From NCBI GenBank assembly GCA_964554645.1, contig CAZKPK010000002.1, positions 1,788-65,787 on the forward strand: DNA of 64,000 nt, in the 5' to 3' direction. The notes beneath the pieces are model-generated. The model was not told the DNA's origin, ran no database searches, and worked only from the letters and a program-made list of their open reading frames with translations. Both the position numbers and the translations under genes were made by a program. Shown here piece by piece: positions 53,950 through 61,700 of this stretch. The stretch comes from an uncultured Candidatus Saccharibacteria bacterium. GTDB taxonomy: Bacteria; Patescibacteriota; Minisyncoccia; Phycocordibacterales; UBA9973. Positions within the stretch are counted from its first letter, which is position 1; each line of letters opens with the position of its first letter.

Positions 53950-56900
53950 ATGATTTTAACTAAAAGAATAAATCTATTTGGGTTAGCCATAGGGCTGGTA
54001 TTGGTCTCGTTACCGGTGTCAAGCGTCGCTTTAGCTCAAACCGAAACTGTCGCTGTCTCCGCCGATGTTCCCAAAGAACTAGTTTCCTTGGCGCAAGATT
54101 TAGGCTGTCAAACTAAAGTTGAATGCGCTGAAAAATTTGACGCGAACATAGAGCAAGGCATCGCTTTGGCTCAAAAATATGATATCTATACTCCGGAACA
54201 AGAAAAAGTGGCCGCTACTTTCAAGACAGAAGTTTTGGAAAGATTACGTGGAGTCAGTCAGGATAATTTTGAGGAAGAAATCTTGGTTTTGGCCAATAAA
54301 ATTTTAAAAGAAAAGCCGGCCTTAGCTAGGACTATAAGCCTTACTCGGCAAACAGTAAATGCGGCTGAAACGATTATAAATACCGTTAAAGAAGCCGGTG
54401 TGGACATTAGAGTTTGTCAAAAATCGCCGGAAGACTTGTCGCGTGAACAGTTGATTGCCTGCGTCAAGGCCGGCAATAATTTATCCAGCAAAGAAAAAAC
54501 AGCTGGAGATTATATTCCAAAAGGAAATGTAAAAGCGGAAGAGGCGGGACGAATGCTTGACCTTGAAGATTCACTCCTAGCCGGAGAATATTCTAGTTTG
54601 GGTAAGATTAACGCTGAAGAAGCTGGACGAATTTGCCTGAAGCCCGGTTCAGAATCTATCGCCGATTGCGACCAAATTGCCCAAAAATTCTTCGGCAATG
54701 AAGGGGTAAAGCAGTTGCAGGAAGCCAGGCAACAAACAACTCGTATCAAAGAATACTATACGAAGGGCATAGAAAAAATGGAATTAGTAACGCCGGACGG
54801 GCAGAAACTAATCGGTAAAGGCGCAATAAAGAATGCCTGTGATCTGGCTTTTGAGAAAAATAATTTGGGCTTAGCCAGAGCCTGCGGAAATTTTGCCGTC
54901 AAGAACGGATATGCTTCCCAGGAAGAAATTGAAAGCGGGTTAAAACTTTTGGAGTCTTTTTCGCAAAAAGCGGGGAATGTCAATTTTGACGATTGCCGTT
55001 TCAATCCGGAGTCCTGCCGGGAGTTTCTGCCGGATGAATTTCGTCCGCAATTTGACTCCCAATTTGAAATTTTCAGAATAATGTCCGAATCCATCGGTTT
55101 TGACCCGGCGCGCTGTGAAAATTCTTACGACCCCGATATCGGCAAGCGATGTTTGGAAGGCGCTAAAAAGGCTTTGAGCCGGGTGGAAGAAATTGCCAAG
55201 AATTCTCCGGAAGCGCGCAGAATTGTCGATGAAATCAGAGGTCATATTGCTGAAGGAGAGAGAATGACGGAAAAATTGGGCGAGTTTCATCAAGATTCGG
55301 ACAGAGGAGGAAATGCCGGACCCGGAGGCTGTCGCGGGCCGGAAGAATGTTTCAAATACTGCACCCAGCCCGGAAATTCAGCCGAGTGTATTTCTTTTGG
55401 AGCGAAAAGTCAGATTTTTGACAGAGACACAGCCGCCCAAAAATTTAATATGGTAAATGAAAGATTTAACACCTTACCAGGACAATACCCGGGATTTACC
55501 GAGCCGGGAAAAGGAGATTACAGGTCTTATCCAAATGGACCGGATTATTCAGATCGGTCTAGGCAACAACCTGGATTTGATCAGTATCCTCAATACCCTT
55601 ACCCTTACCCACCACAGCAGCCAGTCGGTCCAAGTCCGGAATGTTTCGCGGCCGTCAGTAGTGGCGATTTTACTAAAGCCAAAATTGCCTGCTCTTCCAC
55701 AACGGAAAATTATCCTAAACCAATAGCCGAACCGTTCCCTGTTTGCCCGGCCTATTCTATGCCGTCACCTTGTCCGGAAGGCCAAATGCGGCAAGCGGCT
55801 AGCGACGCCAAGGGGTGTGTGGCTTACGGCGCCTGCACGGTGATAGAAAATTACAAACCGATTGACACCACTCCAAAATCTTGTCCTTCTGGTCAATATT
55901 GGGATGGTCGGTCTTGTGTTGCTCAACCGACAACCCAGTGCTCTTCCGGCCAGTGGTGGGATCCAGCCACCCAAGCTTGCCGATCTTCCACAGTTCCGAT
56001 GGTAGGTTCATGCGATTATTCTACCCAATACTGGAAAGCCTCAACTAGCCAATGCCAGCCCCGAACAAATTGTTATGACACAGCTAATTCTGAATATAAC
56101 TCTCAAGAATGCCAGGGCGTGCGCGGTTCAACGACAGTTAGTTATGGTTGCGGAAGTTTGACTACTCAAGCTACCTGCCAGGCAAGTCCCGGTTGCGGTT
56201 GGGCTAACGGCGCCTGCGGGGGAAACACCTCTACAGTTCCGGACCCAACTTATAGCAGTTGTCCTGCAAATATTAAAACTCTGCTTGGCGATGGCTGTCA
56301 TTCTATGTCCGTCGGCTACTTTAACAGCGGGATGACTTCTTATGTCCTCTTTGGCAGTACGGCCGTTAATAATTGTTCAACTTCGTCGGTTACTGGTTGT
56401 AGCGGTAACACAACTACCACTACCTGTCCGACCGGTCAATGGTGGAATGGAACTGCTTGTACATCATCTACATCTACATCTACATCTACAACCAGTCAAT
56501 GCTCTCCAGGGCAGTACTGGTACACTCCGCCTGGAGGCGGGGCAGGATACTGCACAGGCAATCCTAGCAGTAGCGGCGCTTGTCCAGCTGGATATCACCC
56601 TCATGGCGAGAGCGGCGGGTTCTGCATGAATGACCAAGAAAATTACAGCGGGACCTGTTATAATTCCGCCGGCACATCCACGATCACTTGTCCGCAACAG
56701 ACTTATACCCCGCCCGCCAGCGGCTGTTCGTCTGGACAATACTGGTACACGCCACCCGGAGGCGGGGCAGGATACTGTCAATCCTCATCTACAACCACCT
56801 GTCCTTCCAATCAATGGTGGGATTCTAGTACTGGCGCTTGTCGTGATAATTCATCAGCTTGCGCGCAAGCCGGCGGCACTTGGAATTCTTCAACCAATTA

Positions 56901-57528
56901 TTGCCAAATGCCGACTTGTCCCTCTGGTCAGTATTGGTTTACTCCTTCAGGCGGAGGCGCAGGATACTGCATGTCTAACACTACCAGTACTACCACTTGC
57001 GCTTCAGGACAGTACTGGAATGGTTCGTCTTGTGCAAGCTCATCTACAACTTCAAGTGACGGAGCTACTGCTTGCGCTCAAGCAGGTGGAACATGGAACA
57101 GCAGTATGACACCTCCCTGTCAAATGCCGAATACAACCACCAGCGGCGCATCTTCCTGTTCTTCCGGACAATACTGGAATGGTTCAGCCTGCGTAAGTTC
57201 AACTCCGTCAACTTACACTTCGCCTTCATACACTCCGCCTTCAGATACCTCAACATACACTTCTCCACCAACCTATACACCTCCTTCAGACACTTCTGGA
57301 ACATATACTTCACCACCCTCTTACACCCCGCCTCCAGACACCTCAACCTACACCCCGCCTCCATCTGCTATGATTTTGTGCTCGCAAACTGGTGGAAATT
57401 GGACCGGCGCCGCCTGCAACTTGGCCAAAAATATATCTGACCAAAAAGCTTACCTTAGCTATTTCCAAAAAGATTCTGACGGATTGTTAGCTCAAGTCTT
57501 TGGAGCATTTGCTGATTTATTCAGATAA
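53950..57528 (+). CDS. large secreted cysteine-rich repeat protein
   Basis: The likely start is the Met at 53950, followed by a signal peptide. It has many repeats of a Cys-loop motif C-x-[ST]-[GN]-Q-[YW]-W-x(3-12)-C (for example CSPGQYWYTPPGGGAGYC), and a Pro/Thr/Ser/Tyr-rich C-terminal repeat (YTSPPSYTPPSDTS). Confidence 0.65.
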   Translation: MILTKRINLFGLAIGLVLVSLPVSSVALAQTETVAVSADVPKELVSLAQDLGCQTKVECAEKFDANIEQGIALAQKYDIYTPEQEKVAATFKTEVLERLRGVSQDNFEEEILVLANKILKEKPALARTISLTRQTVNAAETIINTVKEAGVDIRVCQKSPEDLSREQLIACVKAGNNLSSKEKTAGDYIPKGNVKAEEAGRMLDLEDSLLAGEYSSLGKINAEEAGRICLKPGSESIADCDQIAQKFFGNEGVKQLQEARQQTTRIKEYYTKGIEKMELVTPDGQKLIGKGAIKNACDLAFEKNNLGLARACGNFAVKNGYASQEEIESGLKLLESFSQKAGNVNFDDCRFNPESCREFLPDEFRPQFDSQFEIFRIMSESIGFDPARCENSYDPDIGKRCLEGAKKALSRVEEIAKNSPEARRIVDEIRGHIAEGERMTEKLGEFHQDSDRGGNAGPGGCRGPEECFKYCTQPGNSAECISFGAKSQIFDRDTAAQKFNMVNERFNTLPGQYPGFTEPGKGDYRSYPNGPDYSDRSRQQPGFDQYPQYPYPYPPQQPVGPSPECFAAVSSGDFTKAKIACSSTTENYPKPIAEPFPVCPAYSMPSPCPEGQMRQAASDAKGCVAYGACTVIENYKPIDTTPKSCPSGQYWDGRSCVAQPTTQCSSGQWWDPATQACRSSTVPMVGSCDYSTQYWKASTSQCQPRTNCYDTANSEYNSQECQGVRGSTTVSYGCGSLTTQATCQASPGCGWANGACGGNTSTVPDPTYSSCPANIKTLLGDGCHSMSVGYFNSGMTSYVLFGSTAVNNCSTSSVTGCSGNTTTTTCPTGQWWNGTACTSSTSTSTSTTSQCSPGQYWYTPPGGGAGYCTGNPSSSGACPAGYHPHGESGGFCMNDQENYSGTCYNSAGTSTITCPQQTYTPPASGCSSGQYWYTPPGGGAGYCQSSSTTTCPSNQWWDSSTGACRDNSSACAQAGGTWNSSTNYCQMPTCPSGQYWFTPSGGGAGYCMSNTTSTTTCASGQYWNGSSCASSSTTSSDGATACAQAGGTWNSSMTPPCQMPNTTTSGASSCSSGQYWNGSACVSSTPSTYTSPSYTPPSDTSTYTSPPTYTPPSDTSGTYTSPPSYTPPPDTSTYTPPPSAMILCSQTGGNWTGAACNLAKNISDQKAYLSYFQKDSDGLLAQVFGAFADLFR

Positions 57529-57585
57529 AGTACTCCGCTTTACTTTTGTAATAAATTTTGGCAGTTAATTATTAACCAAACAAAT

Positions 57586-57996
57586 ATGAAAACATCGGGC
57601 CAAAAGGAGGAAAAAATGAATACTGCAGAAACAGAGCCGCTCCAACCGGTTTTCCAGATTCTAAGGGAAACAGCGAAAAAATTTCGTTCTTTGAAGGCTG
57701 AAGCAACCACAGCACTTTTGGATCAAGAAAATCCTACGGGCTATAAAGAAAGGTTAGAAGAACGGGCTAGGCTTTTGGTTAATCTACCTGAAAGTTTAGA
57801 AAGCGTCCTAAAGCAAATTGACCCGCAAGTCAAAAATAAAATAGAATCTTATGTGAAAATATTTGCTACTATAGCACAGGAACGTATTGATATTGGAGAA
57901 GAGGTTGGGCTTGCTACATTATTAGTTGACAAGGGGGCGAGAAAAGACGATAAAAATAACCTTGAGAAATTAATTGACTCTCTAGAAAACAAATAA
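57586..57996 (+). CDS. hypothetical helical/coiled-coil protein (136 aa)
   Basis: The ORF is open but has no recognisable motifs. Confidence 0.35.
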   Translation: MKTSGQKEEKMNTAETEPLQPVFQILRETAKKFRSLKAEATTALLDQENPTGYKERLEERARLLVNLPESLESVLKQIDPQVKNKIESYVKIFATIAQERIDIGEEVGLATLLVDKGARKDDKNNLEKLIDSLENK

Positions 57997-58011
57997 ACTG
58001 CCAAAATTTTG

Positions 58012-58075
58012 GTTTGTAGACGCCGGACGTCTCCAAGCAGACGTCTTCAAACATTCGGACGTCCAACGTCCGAAT
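58012..58075. repeat. cluster of GACGTC-containing palindromes/hairpins, including a 10-bp stem cattcggacg...cgtccgaatg
   Basis: gtagacgccggacgtct is related to the in-frame palindrome at 18681-18705. Confidence 0.5.
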
Positions 58076-58155
58076 GAGGAGTACCCTTTAGGGGGAGGTG
58101 GAAAATTCATCCACCCCGCCCCCGATGAACATCAGGGCACCCCTCAAGAGGGGAA
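58074..58155 (+). repeat. four-hairpin GC-rich structured element, copy C (hairpin 1 replaced by the preceding GACGTC hairpin)
   Basis: It reads gaggagtaccc...gggggaggtgga-aaattca-tccaccccgcccc-cgatgaacatcaggg-cacccctcaagaggggaat and is followed by a terminator. Confidence 0.55.
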
Positions 58156-58165
58156 TCTATTAACA

Positions 58166-58199
58166 AAAAATCCCTCATCCGCCAGCTGGCGGAAGGGTT
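58166..58199 (+). terminator. intrinsic terminator (ccctcatccgccagc/gctggcggaaggg stem followed by T6)
   Basis: Seen directly in the sequence. Confidence 0.6.
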
Positions 58200-58291
58200 T
58201 TTTGTTTTGCCCTTGACTTTTAAATTACTTTGTATATACTTTAGGTATTCTCCTTCGTTCTGAGCTAATACAGAACTACGGACGGACAAGT

Positions 58292-58561
58292 ATGAAAACA
58301 TCAGCATTAAGTATTAAAATAGATCCAAAAGTAAAGTATGAAGCGCAGAAAGTTGCTGACCAGCTTGGTTTTTCTCTTTCTGCTATTATAAACGCTTCTC
58401 TTAAGAATTTAACTCGTTCTAAAACAGTATCTTATTCACTTCTTGAACCTACTCCACTTTTAAAAAATGCTATTAATTCTGCTCGCAAAGACAGAGTTCT
58501 TGGGAAGTCTGTCGGGCATTTTAGGTCTTCTTCAGAAATGATGAAATCACTTTTGTCATAA
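58292..58561 (+). CDS. RelB/DinJ-family antitoxin, orphan (no adjacent toxin ORF)
   Basis: It reads LSIKIDPKVKYEAQKVADQLGFSLSAIINASLKNLTRSKTVSYSLLEPTPLLKNAINSARKD, which follows the DinJ pattern (rIDedlK.qA..vl...GLt.S.ai...L.kva.e..lPf.l.ePn). It is preceded by a TTGACT-16 nt-TATACT promoter. Confidence 0.6.
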   Translation: MKTSALSIKIDPKVKYEAQKVADQLGFSLSAIINASLKNLTRSKTVSYSLLEPTPLLKNAINSARKDRVLGKSVGHFRSSSEMMKSLLS

Positions 58562-58648
58562 TCTTTGTGAGCTATTTTCTTAATTCCAGATAGGGTTTAA
58601 GGCGCTAGCGGTTGGGGAGAGGCAGCTCCCTTATTAAAGTAGACGCAC

Positions 58649-58657
58649 TTATCCACA
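58649..58657 (+). promoter_or_regulatory. TTATCCACA box within the conserved promoter module of the giant surface-protein gene
   Basis: See the entry for 53458-53466; it is the same module. Confidence 0.5.
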
Positions 58658-58700
58658 GGGCAAGGGTGGCGTAATAAATTAGTGGTATAATAAAAAGATT

Positions 58701-61700
58701 ATGAAGAAAATATTTTCTCGTTTTTGTTTTGCAGTAATTTTATTAATAATTTTTTCGTTTTCCTTTTTTAATATTTCTGATGCTATTGTAACTACTCTTA
58801 TCACCGATCTCACTCCGTTGTTCGGTGGACAAAAGCTCAAAGCTTCTAGTGATAATACCGCGGTGCTTAAAGTACAATTTGGTTCTGACTCAAATGCTGA
58901 AACCTTAACTTCAATTAAAGTAACTTTTGTTTCGGTTACTGGTTGTGCTGGTTGTTGGACCTCTGGAGCTGCTACTTCGTCAGAGTTGGCTGATTTAGCC
59001 ACAACGAACGGTGGTATTCAGCTTTGGAAAGATGCGGGCGCGGCCGGATTTCAAGGCCAGGGGACAGACACACAAGTCACTTTAGCCGCCACTCCGCAAT
59101 ATGCTTCAGCTACAACTTTCATTATTACTCCCGCTTCCGCGCCAACGCTTACGACTGATGATATTTATTTTATTGTTCTTAAAACTGATTCAACTGGATT
59201 AACTCATAACAACGCCTTCACTATCGCGGTGGCGGCCAATGGAGATATTATCACTTCTGCCAGCAATCCAGTTATCACTGCGGTTACTAGTCGCACCATT
59301 ACTATTGATACTACCGCTCCAACATTAACTTCCGCTTCTAGTTTTCCTGCCAATGGTGCCACCGTGCCTATCAGCACTTTTCCTCATATGACTTTTTCGG
59401 AACAACTGGATCAAACAACTTTAACTTCAGCTAATATTTCTTTAGCTGCCGGAAGCGCTGTTAATGGCGCGATTCGTCTATTTCCAGACGGATTTGATTT
59501 TGTGGTTTCCAGTCCACCTACTTATGCGATCGGCTCCAGATTTGCCAAACTGACCACCGCTGCAACCGCTTTTTTCCAAATTGCCGGCACCAATCCGATT
59601 AGCCCGCAAGGAAGTTATTCAGCGCCAGTGGTGGGCGATATTGTAATTTCCCAAAGAGAAACTTTTCCAGCTGAGCTTGGTTTAGTCACTGCTTCTGGTT
59701 TAACTTCCGGCACATTTGCGGTCAACGGTTTTCCAGCCTTCAATTCTCAACAGATTACCAAGGTTGCCATACCAGCCGCTACCGGCGCTGTCACTGCGTC
59801 TACCGTGGTAACCACTGGGGACATTATTGTAGTAAATACCACAGCCAATCCGACTTCACAAAGATATGACTGGCACATTGTAACTACTGGCGCAGCTGTG
59901 AATCATGCCACAGACTTAAGATTAGATGGAGCAAGCGGTGTGCCTGCATATGTTTCCGGTTCCAGATTTTCAACCATTGCTCCGAATGACACTTCAGCAA
60001 TTAATGCTTCAAATGCAGTGGTTGGAACCGCCAATAGTGGGATTGATTTTGTTGTTGGCGACTTAGTTTTTGCTAAAGTTACTGCCAATGCTGACAATCT
60101 TGGCGTTTATGCTTGGCATGTTGTTACTACAGCTCAGAATATTACAACCGATATTGCGCCAACCACTTTGCGTTTGGATGGCAATACTACCGGCGCTCCG
60201 ACTTTTGTCGCCAGTTCGCAAGTTTCTAAAATTACTCCAGCGGCGCAGGGTATTGCGGAGGGCGCGGGCGTTGATACCGCTACCGCTTTTTCTCTAGGAG
60301 ATATAGTTTTGGCGAAAACGACAGCCAATGCCTCAAACAATAACGCTTACAACTTTCACATTATTAACAATGGAGCAACCGGCGCAAACTCCGCTAGCTT
60401 GCGCTTTGATAATGTGCCGGGAAACTTAATCACTGCCACCACTTATACTTTGACGATGACGACCGGAATTAAAGACTCGGCTGGTAATCCTTTGGCTGCC
60501 AACAATACTGTAACCTTTACTACTGGTTCTACCAGTACAACGAATACTACACCGCCGTTTATTCAGTCCAGCCAGCCACAATCGGGCTCACAAACTCATC
60601 CGATCAGCGCGCCAATTAAGTTAACTTTCAGCGTGGATATGAAGACGACAGACGGCAACAGCGGCGCTAACTCTGTGACTAATCCCGCCAATGTAGGATT
60701 GTTTACTGATAATTTTGGTACGCCGGGGACCGCCATTGCGACCACCAATACATATGATTCCGCCAGCAAAACTGTAACCATCACTCCTTCAACCGCTATG
60801 AACAGTGGAGTGGCGGCCAATCTGACTGCTAGCACTGCTTATGTAGTCAAGGTGCTTCCTGCTACGCAAAGCAGTACGGGTACCGCTTTCCCCCCAACCC
60901 CGCCTTTACCTTTCAAAACTCCTTCCGGCGCGGCGGATACAACCGCGCCAACAGTGCTGGGAGTAAATCCTGCCAATGCGGCCACCGGCGCGGCTCTCGG
61001 CACGGTGGTGACCGCCGGTTTTTCCGAGGATATAAATCCAGCGACCATTACAACTTCTACCGTTACCTTAAGCGGGGGGATTACTGGCACTGTTACCTAT
61101 AATCCGCAGAGCCGTAGCGCTTCTTTTGCTCCTTCTGCCGCGCTTACCGCAAACACCAGTTACACCTTTACGATAGTTTCCGGGGCGAGTGGAGTAAAAG
61201 ATTTGTCTGGCAATGCTCTGGCCTCTAACTACACTTCCACTTTTACCACTACCGCGACCGCTGACGAAGTCAAACCCTTTTTGACATTTGCTAATGCGGA
61301 TGACTTTAGCGTGGCGGTTACTTTCTCCGAACAAGTGAAGTCCGGCGGAGGTCCGAATGCAGCCGACAATATTGCCAACTATACTTTAGAAAGTCCGGTT
61401 GGTTCAACTATAGCGCTGGGAGGAAAGACTGTTACCTATGAAGCAGGAACAAAAACTGCGCGTATTACAGGTTTAAGTTTGCAAAATGGCGCTACTGCAA
61501 CTTACAAAGTGACAGTTCTTCCATTTGTTCAAGACTTGGCTGGTAACGTGATGGACGACACCAATGTTCCTCCGCCTAGGAACACTCAATTTGGAACAGT
61601 TGCCAGCGCTTCCGCTACCGGTGGTCAAATCGGTCCGGGCGGGGGCGCGATTGATGCCTCTATGCAAGGAATGAATCCAAGTCGAGTGATGCCGATGAGT

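Noticed and set aside
639-57440. Numerous short track ORFs nested inside or antisense to well-supported genes (for example 639-824, 970-1155, 2658-2948, 3695-3910, 12487-12951, 12546-12947, 21923-22570, 23248-23766, 38223-38657, 40864-41394, 43325-43789, 54940-55293, 56464-56781)
   Set aside because: They overlap conserved genes in other frames or on the other strand. They have no motifs and their composition is typical of spurious ORFs.
5188-58288. The recurring G-rich motif CTACGGRCGGRCAAG (5188, 10529, 58274) as a regulatory element
   Set aside because: There are only three loose matches, and one lies inside the HIT coding sequence, so it is not distinguishable from chance.
42630-58657. 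The four exact DnaA-box 9-mers (TTATCCACA) as a chromosomal replication origin
   Set aside because: They are single boxes 5-6 kb apart, each embedded in a promoter of a surface-protein gene. There is no cluster of boxes, no adjacent dnaA or dnaN, and no AT-rich unwinding element, so a promoter module is the better explanation.
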